A DNA stretch of 32,000 bases from Erysipelotrichaceae bacterium (GCA_963676105.1 OY781039.1:960001-992000), one strand, 5' to 3'. Positions 18,240-26,404 are shown, numbered from the stretch's first letter. Numbers and translations are program-made. The notes: generated by a model from the sequence alone, not told the origin.

Positions 18240-18394
18240 ATTTCCACACTTATTTTACTCTGTCCCTAGCAGTCCTTTCATTTCGCAAAACAGATATTTG
18301 TGCTATTATAATTGTGCAAGTACCCTGGCGGCTTAATGTTGTAAAACATGCTTACTGACTGGGGGCTTTTTTTATATCTTCTGGGGGAATTCAT

Positions 18395-19342
18395 ATGGCC
18401 GTAAAACCAACTAGTCTTCATAGTCAGTTAAAACTATTAAAAGATAGACATCTAATCATCGATAAGGATGAAGAATATATTTTAAAATTTCTTGAACAGA
18501 ATAATTACTATCGTATTCGTGGTTATTTTGATCATTTATATGAAAACGAAAAACAAGACTCATTTATTAACGGATCTAGTTTTTCATATATTCAAAATAT
18601 ATATGAGTTTGACTCTACACTAAGATTAATAATAAATCATTTTATAGAAGATATTGAAATATTTACGCGATCAATATTTGCACATTATTTTTCTCTCAGT
18701 CTTAATGATGCTTTCTTTTTATACAATGATGATATTTTTCACTTTAATGAATATGGAAGTAAAGTAGAAAAGGTAAGGACAAACTTAAATCGATATATTC
18801 ACAATCATAAAAAATCAAAAATCGTAAAACACTACACAATAGATGATAAATGTTTACTTCCCATTTGGGCATCTATTGAATTTCTATCATTTGGTGATAT
18901 TTCAATGCTATACCAAAGCGTCCAACGACAATACTCAAAAGAATTTTTATCAAAATATTTTAAAATTGATCAAAGAAATGTCTCTCTAATATTAAACAGT
19001 TGGTTGTTTAGTTTGACTAAATTAAGAAACATTTCGCATCACTTTGAAAGACTTTTTGATATCAAGCTAAAAGAATCACCACCTAAACTTTATTCTATAA
19101 CCAACTTAAATCATTTGTATTCAATGACTAGTGATAATCAAATGAGTTTGTTTAGTCATGTTTTTATAGCATCTCTTATTAATCCTAAATCTGAAAGTAT
19201 TGATAAATTTATTGAAGGAATAATAAAGTTACAAATCGAATATCCTAATGTCAGCTTAGAAAATTATGGTTTCCCTTGTAATTGGGAGAATATCTTACGA
19301 TATTCAATTAGTTATTTAGTTCATGAAGATAAGCGACAATAA
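18395..19342 (+). CDS. Abi_2-family abortive infection protein (AbiD/AbiD1/AbiF-like, HEPN-type)
   Basis: 315 aa. The N-terminus (QLKLLKDRHLIIDKDEEYILKFLEQNNYYRIRGYF...FSYIQNIYEFDSTLRLII...EDIEIFTRSIFAHYF) is typical of the family. An R-x4-H HEPN-like motif occurs in KLRNISHHFERLF. The RBS is GGGGGA. Confidence 0.85.
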   Translation: MAVKPTSLHSQLKLLKDRHLIIDKDEEYILKFLEQNNYYRIRGYFDHLYENEKQDSFINGSSFSYIQNIYEFDSTLRLIINHFIEDIEIFTRSIFAHYFSLSLNDAFFLYNDDIFHFNEYGSKVEKVRTNLNRYIHNHKKSKIVKHYTIDDKCLLPIWASIEFLSFGDISMLYQSVQRQYSKEFLSKYFKIDQRNVSLILNSWLFSLTKLRNISHHFERLFDIKLKESPPKLYSITNLNHLYSMTSDNQMSLFSHVFIASLINPKSESIDKFIEGIIKLQIEYPNVSLENYGFPCNWENILRYSISYLVHEDKRQ

Positions 19343-19352
19343 AAACAATCCA

Positions 19353-20660
19353 TTATCCAATGAATTGTTCATATAAAACATGCAAGCTATCTTCAAAATC
19401 TTTATTATCCACACCCACTAGGATACTAATCTCATCAGTCCCTTGGGCGATTGTTCGTATGTTGATTTTACTTTGTGCTAAGGCACTAAAGATTTTACCT
19501 GATACGCCAGCTTGTGTTTTCATTCGACGTCCAACACAAGTAATTAGCGCTAATTCATCTTCTATGTTTAAACGTTCAGGTTGAATCTTATGTTCAATCA
19601 GTTGAATCAGTTTCTCTAAGTTGTTTTTTAGATTAGCTGTTTTTACGGTAATTGTAAAACTATCGATTCCTTTAGTGAGTAGTTCAATGGGTAGATGCAT
19701 ATATTCAAAGATTTCTAAGACATCTCTAAATAGTTTTGGTGATTTAGAAATAGACTCTTTGTGTATCGATAATACTGTAAAATCTTTTACCCCTGAAACA
19801 CCGGTAATAAATTGCTCAGTTGCTTCATCTTTAGGTAAGGTTTCTAAGATAATCGTTCCTGGATGATCAGGTTCATTCGTATTTTTAATATTAAGGGGAA
19901 TATTAACTTTCTTAACCGGCATCATTGCTTCTTCATGTAAAACAGAAGCGCCCATAAAGGCTAGTTCTCTAAGCTCTTGATAGGTCATCTTTTCAATAGA
20001 CTTCGCATATGGAATAATGCGTGGATCAGCCATTAGAACCCCTGATACATCTGTCCAGTTTTCATAAACTTCTGAATTTAAGGCAGCTGAAACTAGACTT
20101 CCTGTAATATCAGATCCTCCACGACCTAATACTTTTATTTCACCTTTTAAATTAGATCCATAAAAGCCAGGAATTACACATGGACCTACTTGATCATAGG
20201 CATCCTTAATTAAATTAAAAGTGGCTTGTTCATTTACACTACTATCTTCATTGAGTTTAATAATATCTTTCGCATCAATAAAAGGAATGTTTAAATAACG
20301 CGCTAAGATTTGCGCATTGGATTTCTCACCAAGTGAAACTAGTTCATCAATGGTTGTATATTTAGATAAATGAGCTTTAAATGTTTCTAACTCTTCACTG
20401 ATTTCTAGTCCACATTCAATTTGTATCTCATTAAAACGTTTGATGATTTCATCAAAGTACTGTGAGATATCTTTTTCTTCTTGAAGCGCATCATAAGTCT
20501 GATACAAAAGATCAGTCATTTTAATTGGATGATCTGCATCCTTACCAGGTGCACTCACCACAATAACTTCTCGATCTTTGTTGGCTTCAATGATTTTTTT
20601 TATTTTATAGAACTGACTCGCATTCGCTAAAGATGTTCCACCAAATTTACATACAATCAT
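19353..20660 (-). CDS. Aspartate kinase (monofunctional, with C-terminal ACT domains)
   Basis: 435 aa. It has KFGGTSL, VVSAPGK, and GRGGSD.TG. Paired ACT regions form the C-terminus. An ATGA overlap links it to hom. Confidence 0.9.
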   Translation of the reverse strand: MIVCKFGGTSLANASQFYKIKKIIEANKDREVIVVSAPGKDADHPIKMTDLLYQTYDALQEEKDISQYFDEIIKRFNEIQIECGLEISEELETFKAHLSKYTTIDELVSLGEKSNAQILARYLNIPFIDAKDIIKLNEDSSVNEQATFNLIKDAYDQVGPCVIPGFYGSNLKGEIKVLGRGGSDITGSLVSAALNSEVYENWTDVSGVLMADPRIIPYAKSIEKMTYQELRELAFMGASVLHEEAMMPVKKVNIPLNIKNTNEPDHPGTIILETLPKDEATEQFITGVSGVKDFTVLSIHKESISKSPKLFRDVLEIFEYMHLPIELLTKGIDSFTITVKTANLKNNLEKLIQLIEHKIQPERLNIEDELALITCVGRRMKTQAGVSGKIFSALAQSKINIRTIAQGTDEISILVGVDNKDFEDSLHVLYEQFIG

Positions 20661-21817
20661 GCTTCACTTACCTTGGCAAAGAATACTTCACCACTCTCTC
20701 TTAATAAGTGTAATACTTTATGGACTTCAAAAGAAGAGATGGTTGGCGTTAAGATATATTGCTTATTGTCAATATCCCATGTTTTTTCAATCCATTCAGG
20801 ATTAATTTTTAAGCCTTTTTCTAAACGAATAAAGTACTGTGACTTTAACTCTTCGTTTTTAGCTGGCTTATGAGTAGTTGTTTCAGGTAACATTTCACTT
20901 TGTCCAGCACGGGTATAAAAGAGATCTCTTAAAACATTATTCGCAGTTGGTTCACCACCTGCACCTTGACCAGATAAATACACTAAATTACCACGTTCTG
21001 GTGTAATCACCGCAATATTATAGTTTTGTAGAATATTCGCTTCTGCACTATGTTCTTTCACTAAAGTTGGTTCAACCGACATATGTAAGTGTTTCTTAAC
21101 TTTTTCACCCTTCGCAATTAAACGAACTCTGTAACCTAGTTTCTTAATTTCTTCAACATCTTGCGCTTGAATATGACGAATTCCCTCTATTAGTATAGAT
21201 TCTTGATCAACCCAAGTATTTAAACCAACCGCAATCGCTAGTCGTATTTTATACAAGGTATCCATGCCATCAATATCACTACTAGGATCTGCTTCTGCAT
21301 ACCCTAGTTTTTGAGCTTGTTTTAAAGCAGTACTAAAATCAATTCCGTTTGTTTCCATTTCATCCAAGATATAATTACAGGTTCCATTTAAAATACCAGA
21401 AATAGCTTGAATGCCTAATGGTTTATTTTCTAAGATCGTAGGTTGAATTGGAATACCACCACCACAAGCAGCCGATAAAAGTAAACCTACTTTTTTCTTA
21501 CGTGCTAAGGCAGATAATTCATCTCCATAAACATTAAATAAAGCTTTATTGGCCGATATGACATGTTTACCAGAATTTAAGGCAGCACGAATATACTCAT
21601 AAGCAGGATGAATCCCACCCATTAACTCTACAACCACATCAATATCATCATTCTCGAGTATTTCTTGAGGATCATCTGTCATAAAGTCTTTAGTTGCTTT
21701 ACCACGACGTCTTAAAACACGGACAACATTAATTCCGCTTTTTACGTGATCAGTTTTATTTAAGAGTTTTAGTAAGGCTTTTGAGACCGTACCATAACCT
21801 AGGACACCAACATTCAT
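20657..21817 (-). CDS. hom: Homoserine dehydrogenase
   Basis: 386 aa. It has an N-terminal GYGTV Rossmann motif, ANK, and ILNGTCNYILDEM, plus AQKLGYAEADPS.DI.G.D. Confidence 0.9.
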   Translation of the reverse strand: MNVGVLGYGTVSKALLKLLNKTDHVKSGINVVRVLRRRGKATKDFMTDDPQEILENDDIDVVVELMGGIHPAYEYIRAALNSGKHVISANKALFNVYGDELSALARKKKVGLLLSAACGGGIPIQPTILENKPLGIQAISGILNGTCNYILDEMETNGIDFSTALKQAQKLGYAEADPSSDIDGMDTLYKIRLAIAVGLNTWVDQESILIEGIRHIQAQDVEEIKKLGYRVRLIAKGEKVKKHLHMSVEPTLVKEHSAEANILQNYNIAVITPERGNLVYLSGQGAGGEPTANNVLRDLFYTRAGQSEMLPETTTHKPAKNEELKSQYFIRLEKGLKINPEWIEKTWDIDNKQYILTPTISSFEVHKVLHLLRESGEVFFAKVSEA

Positions 21818-21839
21818 AAGTTTAACCTGTTTCTATTTC

Positions 21840-21855
21840 GAATACACTTGTATTC
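21840..21855. promoter_or_regulatory. 16-bp palindrome in the 87-bp hom / thrC divergent intergenic region (candidate operator)
   Basis: GAATACA-CT-TGTATTC, with perfect 7-nt arms, centred between the two divergent start codons. Confidence 0.3.
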
Positions 21856-21904
21856 ACATTGAAAACAGTGTAACCTAAGACCATAACAATTTCAAGGTGA
21901 ATAT

Positions 21905-23326
21905 ATGAACTATTTTAGTACAAGAAACAAATCTATTACAAGCACTTCCAAAGATGCCATTCATCAAGGTCTATCCACTGATGGTGGTCTTTTTATTCCA
22001 AGTACATTTCCATCATTTGAATTAGCTAATTTAATCAGTGGAAACTACGCTGATATTCAAAAAAGAATCTTAAAAGCTTTCTTTGAAGATTACACAGATC
22101 AAGAAATAGAAAAGGCTGTTGATCATCAAGTCTCACGCTTTAATCATGAATTAGTTACACCACTTGTTAAAACTGGCAAACCTTATGTTTTGGAACTTTT
22201 TCATGGTCCTTCTGCTGCCTTTAAAGATATTGCTTTACAGATTTTACCAGAACTTTTAAAACCATCTAAACCAACAACCATTCTTACCGCCACATCTGGT
22301 GATACAGGATCAGCTGCGCTAGAAGGTTTTAGAGATAAAGAAAACATCGATATCATTGTCTATTATCCAACCGTCGGTATATCTGATATACAACGTAAAC
22401 AAATGACCTGTGTTAATTCATCTAACACTCATGTCTTTGGAATTGAAGGTAACTTTGATGATGCGCAAAGATCAGTTAAAGAACTCTTTCAAACCAATCA
22501 AGATAAATCTTTATCTTCAGCTAACTCTATAAACATTGGACGCTTAGTCCCTCAAATTGCATACTATGTTTTTGCTTATAAACAACTCATTGATCAAAAA
22601 GCAATTACGTTAGGTCAAGAGATTGTGGTATCTGTTCCAACCGGTAACTTTGGTAATATCTTGGCGGCTTATTATGCAAAGAAAATTGGTTTGCCAATTA
22701 AACACTTTATCTGTGCGTCTAATGAAAATGATGTTTTAACTGAAGTCATTCAAACAGGCACCTATCATTTAGACAGACAATTTATGACCACCACTTCTCC
22801 AAGTATGGATATCTTAATCTCTTCTAACTTTGAACGTTTACTTTATGATCTATCCCAAGATAGTCATCGAGTAGCTGAGTTGATGTCCTCATTAAAAGAT
22901 AATGGTTCTTATAAACTTAATGAAACTGAATTTGAAAAACTCAGTTCATTATTCAGTGCTCAATCTGTTAATCAAAAAGAAGTCAATCATACCATTGAAA
23001 TGACTTATTTAAACACCAAAGAAGTCTTAGATCCACATACTGCCATAGCGATGCATGCAGGCTATGTATATAATCAAAAACACAAAGATGATGTAGTCAT
23101 TATTGCCGCTACTGCTTCTCCTTATAAATTCCCTAAAACGGTTTTAAAAGCACTTAAACAAGATGTTCCATCTAGTGACTTTGAAGCAATGAAACAATTA
23201 CATAAGCATACAGGTGTCAAGATTCCTGAATTCTTACATGTTTTAGAAACAGCTGATGAAGTTCATCAAACAGTGATAAAAACAAACGAAATCACTCAAA
23301 GTTTCGAGACTGTCTATCATGATTAA
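21905..23326 (+). CDS. thrC: Threonine synthase
   Basis: 473 aa. It has an N-terminal YFSTR, the PLP-lysine motif GPSAAFKD, and TSGDTGSA. Confidence 0.92.
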   Translation: MNYFSTRNKSITSTSKDAIHQGLSTDGGLFIPSTFPSFELANLISGNYADIQKRILKAFFEDYTDQEIEKAVDHQVSRFNHELVTPLVKTGKPYVLELFHGPSAAFKDIALQILPELLKPSKPTTILTATSGDTGSAALEGFRDKENIDIIVYYPTVGISDIQRKQMTCVNSSNTHVFGIEGNFDDAQRSVKELFQTNQDKSLSSANSINIGRLVPQIAYYVFAYKQLIDQKAITLGQEIVVSVPTGNFGNILAAYYAKKIGLPIKHFICASNENDVLTEVIQTGTYHLDRQFMTTTSPSMDILISSNFERLLYDLSQDSHRVAELMSSLKDNGSYKLNETEFEKLSSLFSAQSVNQKEVNHTIEMTYLNTKEVLDPHTAIAMHAGYVYNQKHKDDVVIIAATASPYKFPKTVLKALKQDVPSSDFEAMKQLHKHTGVKIPEFLHVLETADEVHQTVIKTNEITQSFETVYHD

Positions 23327-24173
23327 AATTCGAGTACCCGCTACTTCAGCAAATATAGGTTCTGGTTTTGATGAGTTAGGACTAGCTGTAGAACTCTATG
23401 CCTATGTTTCTTTTGACTTTGCTGATGAATATACTTATGAAGGACTAGAAGTACGTTATCAAAAAGATAACTTGATTAAAGAAGCTTATGAGTATACCTG
23501 CAAACAAGAAAACTTTGAGATTAAACCCTTAAGTATCCATTTAAGTTCTGATGTCCCTATTGCGCGTGGTTTAGGATCCTCTTCAAGTTTAATAGTAGCT
23601 GGTGTCACAGCTGCTTATTTACTCAATGACAAAGGCTTAGATAAAGATCAAATTCTAAAACATTCAGTCGACTTAGAAGGTCATCCTGATAATGTAGCTC
23701 CAGCCATTTATGGAGGCTTAATCCACTCTATTAAAGAAAATGGCAGCTATACCATTCATTCATTAGATTTAAGTAATGATTTAATTTTTACTTTCCTAAT
23801 TCCTGACTTTGAACTATCCACTAAACTAGCACGTTCTGTGCTCCCTCAGACTTATCCAGATAAAATACTTGACTTAGCCTCACATAAACTAAAAAACCTG
23901 ATCAAAGGCTTAAAAGAAGCTGATATGGATTTAATCAGTGATGGTTGTGATGATGTGATACATCAACCTTATCGTTTCCCACTCATCAAAGATGTTGAAT
24001 GTATAAAAAAAGAATTGGCTAAACAAGCTATACAATCACTCTTTCTATCAGGAGCTGGCCCTACCTTAGGAATTATCACAAAAAAAGCATTGAAATTAGA
24101 TTTATCACAGTGTGAAGCTGATTGGTCTTTTAATCAATTAAATATTGATCATGAGGGTGTAAAAATCTTATGA
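23319..24173 (+). CDS. thrB: Homoserine kinase (GHMP family)
   Basis: 284 aa. It has VPATSANIGSGFD and the GHMP motif PIARGLGSSSS. It overlaps thrC by 8 nt. Confidence 0.9.
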   Translation: MIKIRVPATSANIGSGFDELGLAVELYAYVSFDFADEYTYEGLEVRYQKDNLIKEAYEYTCKQENFEIKPLSIHLSSDVPIARGLGSSSSLIVAGVTAAYLLNDKGLDKDQILKHSVDLEGHPDNVAPAIYGGLIHSIKENGSYTIHSLDLSNDLIFTFLIPDFELSTKLARSVLPQTYPDKILDLASHKLKNLIKGLKEADMDLISDGCDDVIHQPYRFPLIKDVECIKKELAKQAIQSLFLSGAGPTLGIITKKALKLDLSQCEADWSFNQLNIDHEGVKIL

Positions 24174-24607
24174 ATAAGCAATATCTAATTGTAAATAAAA
24201 AGATATTACCTGATAACTTTGAAAAGGTATTAGAAGCTAAAGCACTATTAGATTCTCACAGCGCAAAAGATATTTCAGACGCCTGTAAAAAAGTCGGTTT
24301 ATCACGCTCAAGCTTTTATAAATTCAAAGATATGGTCTTTAGTGCAGAAGAAGAGAAACAAACGCGTAAAGTCGTTATCTCTTGTAGTTTAAATCATACC
24401 CAAGGGATACTCTCAAATCTACTACATCATATTGCGGCTCATCAAGCTAATATACTAACGATAACTCAAAACTATCCACTACAAAATCATGCTTATGTGG
24501 TTATAATGTTAGATATATCAGATATGTTAATATCTGTCGAAAACTTAATCCAAGAACTAAATGGCATTGATAATGTGACTAATGTAAAACTGATATCCAT
24601 TGAATAG
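24170..24607 (+). CDS. ACT-domain protein (UPF0735 / PheB-like)
   Basis: 145 aa. An HTH-like segment (ISDACKKVGLSRSSFYKFK) precedes a C-terminal ACT fold. An ATGA overlap links it to thrB. Confidence 0.75.
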   Translation: MNKQYLIVNKKILPDNFEKVLEAKALLDSHSAKDISDACKKVGLSRSSFYKFKDMVFSAEEEKQTRKVVISCSLNHTQGILSNLLHHIAAHQANILTITQNYPLQNHAYVVIMLDISDMLISVENLIQELNGIDNVTNVKLISIE

Positions 24608-24620
24608 ATATCAGTTTTTT
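24566..24620 (+). repeat. Direct repeat DR1a: last 13 codons plus terminator of the ACT gene, left boundary of the 3.3-kb islet
   Basis: ATTGATAATGTGACTAATGTAAAACTGATATCCATTGAATAGATATCAGTTTTTT recurs at 27928-27983 with 2 substitutions and one extra T. Confidence 0.9.
24590..24620 (+). terminator. Rho-independent terminator of the thrC-thrB-ACT operon
   Basis: CTGATATC-cattgaata-GATATCAG followed by T6. The stop codon TAG (24605-24607) sits in the loop/stem junction. Confidence 0.8.
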
Positions 24621-24637
24621 ATTTACACACAACCAAT

Positions 24638-24732
24638 ACTATCATAATAATTTTTATACCCTATTGATAGTTGGATAAACAATGGTATACTTTAACTATC
24701 ATAAATATTTTTATATTCTATTGATAGTTGGA
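24638..24732 (+). promoter_or_regulatory. Two 38-bp direct repeats at a 57-bp period, each with an internal inverted repeat, containing a candidate promoter for the kinase operon
   Basis: Copies at 24638-24675 and 24695-24732 are 34/38 identical: ACTATCATAA(T/A)(A/T)ATTTTTATA(CC/TT)CTATTGATAGTTGGA. Each carries AACTATCA...TGATAGTT arms. TTGATA (24664-24669), a 16-nt spacer and TATACT (24686-24691) form a good sigma-A promoter, placing copy 2 just after the predicted start site. Confidence 0.55.
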
Positions 24733-24738
24733 GGACAT

Positions 24739-25599
24739 ATGGATTATAGCGATTTCCCTCTTAATAATAAAATATATTCTGGTGCAGAGAGAAAAATAGG
24801 AATCACAATACAAGATGAAGACTATATATTAAAATTTCAAAAGAAAACAGCTTTTGGATATCGAAACAATCATATCTCCGAATACTTAGCGTGTAGAATC
24901 ATAGGGAGCATGGGTTTTAATGTGCAGGAAACTTATCTTGGTACTTATAATGGCCAAGAAGTCGTCGCAATTAAAGATTTTGTTGAAAATCATCAACAGT
25001 TTGTTGCGTTTAACGATTTAGGAGAAAGTAGTATTGAAGCAGATCGCAAACGTTTCACTTATTCATACGAAGATATCACTGAAATATTGAAATCTAATAA
25101 TAAATTGAAGAATCCAGAAGATACCATACGTCAATTTTGGAACTTATATATATTAGACGCCTTACTTGGCAATTTTGATCGTCATGGTGGTAATTGGGGA
25201 TTTATCAAAGAGAAGAATCAATATACACTTGCGCCAATCTTTGATAATGGTTCTAGTTTATACCCAAGTTTGACAGATGAAACAACGATGTTAAAGATTA
25301 TGTCTGATGTTAATGAGACGAATAAAAGAATTTATACTTTCCCGACATCCCAAATACTACTAAATGGTAAAAAGAGTTCATATTATGAAGTTATCAATAG
25401 TTTAAGATTTAAAGAATGTAATGAATCATTAAAAAAAATTTATGCAAACTTTGATATGAACAAAATAATTTTCATAATTAATCAAACTAACTTTATCACG
25501 AATACGCAAAAAGACTTTTATAAATACATCATAGAAAAAAGGTTTATAACCATAATTAAATCCAGTTATGAAAGGCTAATAAGAAATGAAAGAACATAG
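24739..25599 (+). CDS. Short HipA_C-like Ser/Thr protein kinase (HipA/CtkA family, no HipA N-terminal domains)
   Basis: 286 aa counted from the ATG at 24739, which has a GGAGGA RBS. The track start at 24682 is the duplicated, RBS-less copy 57 nt upstream. The catalytic region is LYILDALLGNFDRHGGNWGFI...YTLAPIFDNGSSLYPS, matching HipA D-x-H-x-x-N and the Mg-binding (F/Y)D. The candidate ATP lysine is in DYILKFQKK. Confidence 0.75.
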   Translation: MDYSDFPLNNKIYSGAERKIGITIQDEDYILKFQKKTAFGYRNNHISEYLACRIIGSMGFNVQETYLGTYNGQEVVAIKDFVENHQQFVAFNDLGESSIEADRKRFTYSYEDITEILKSNNKLKNPEDTIRQFWNLYILDALLGNFDRHGGNWGFIKEKNQYTLAPIFDNGSSLYPSLTDETTMLKIMSDVNETNKRIYTFPTSQILLNGKKSSYYEVINSLRFKECNESLKKIYANFDMNKIIFIINQTNFITNTQKDFYKYIIEKRFITIIKSSYERLIRNERT

Positions 25600-26404
25600 T
25601 ACAAAAGCTATTATATACGCAACAGATCAAAATAATGTAGACTATGCTGTTGCCACAATTGAACAAATCTTATTTGAAGATGATTCCTTCGAATACCGGT
25701 TCATTCCAAATTATAGTGTCATAAATTTAACCAATAGTAGTTTCTTTCAAGGAATACCAGGTTTGAATCTTGAATTAAAAAAAGAACAGTATGTTAGAAA
25801 CGACAGTATTCCAACATTTATATATGAGCGTACTCCTCAAAAAAACAGAGAAGATCTTTGGTCTCTTTTAGAAGAAGTAAAACTAGATTATTATAATCCT
25901 CTAGAATGGTTAATTAGATCAAATAAAATCTATACAGGCGACAAACTAATTGTAAAACCTTATACTGAACCTAGCACAAAAAATACGTTAGATACTATCC
26001 ATGCCAATGATACTTTCAATCTAAAAAGTATTAACGATATCGCAAACACTAATTTTCTAAAGCTTAAAAAAACATTAGAAATTATTGTAAATGGTGCAAA
26101 TTTAAATGCTGGACACTTTGTTATAAACGATGAAAACCGACAATCTTTATATACACTCATATACAATCTTTATATTAATGAGCGAAATTTTAGAAGAATA
26201 AAGCAAAAGCAAGGTATAGAACGTTCTAAAAACAAATATAAAGGTCGATCTAGAAAAAAAATATCCTATCCAAAACTTGTTGAAATAATGACATTGTACG
26301 AAAACAAAGACATAACAAAAGAACAAGCCATGTTATCGCTTGATTTACAATCAGAAGCAACATTTTACAGAAGATTAAAAGAATTTAGAATGCACTCTAA
26401 ATAA
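25586..26404 (+). CDS. Kinase-partner protein: unassigned N-terminal ~190 aa plus C-terminal basic linker and resolvase-type HTH
   Basis: 272 aa. It overlaps the kinase gene by 14 nt. The C-terminus is ERNFRRIKQKQGIERSKNKYKGRSRKKISYPKLVEIMTLYENKDITKEQAMLSLDLQSEATFYRRLKEF. This follows the pattern ER-x9-G...YKGR-x-RK plus an HTH ending S-x-x-T-F-Y-R, as in small serine recombinases. The N-terminus lacks the Y-x-R-V-S-T catalytic motif (it has IIYATDQNN). Confidence 0.6.
   Translation: MKEHSTKAIIYATDQNNVDYAVATIEQILFEDDSFEYRFIPNYSVINLTNSSFFQGIPGLNLELKKEQYVRNDSIPTFIYERTPQKNREDLWSLLEEVKLDYYNPLEWLIRSNKIYTGDKLIVKPYTEPSTKNTLDTIHANDTFNLKSINDIANTNFLKLKKTLEIIVNGANLNAGHFVINDENRQSLYTLIYNLYINERNFRRIKQKQGIERSKNKYKGRSRKKISYPKLVEIMTLYENKDITKEQAMLSLDLQSEATFYRRLKEFRMHSK

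Noticed and set aside
17629-18358. ORFs 17629-17838 and 18152-18358 in the AT-rich intergenic region
   Set aside because: They have no RBS and implausible composition. The first overlaps the giant gene's start, promoter and palindrome. The second spans the terminator-like hairpin of the Abi leader. I treat this region as regulatory or ncRNA space instead.
19360-20873. Plus-strand ORFs 19360-19584, 19621-19866 and 20673-20873
   Set aside because: They lie antisense within the aspartokinase and hom genes and are considered spurious.
24682-24738. N-terminal extension MVYFNYHKYFYILLIVGGH of the kinase (track start 24682)
   Set aside because: This ATG belongs to the duplicated leader copy and lacks an RBS. 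It also lies within the predicted promoter, between its -35 and -10 elements, so it would not be on the mRNA. The ATG at 24739 has a GGAGGA RBS.
25586-26404. Calling the kinase partner an active serine recombinase that mobilises the islet
   Set aside because: The N-terminus lacks the Y-x-R-V-S nucleophile motif and the DRL-x-R residues. The 55-bp flanking duplication is also not the signature of serine-recombinase integration.
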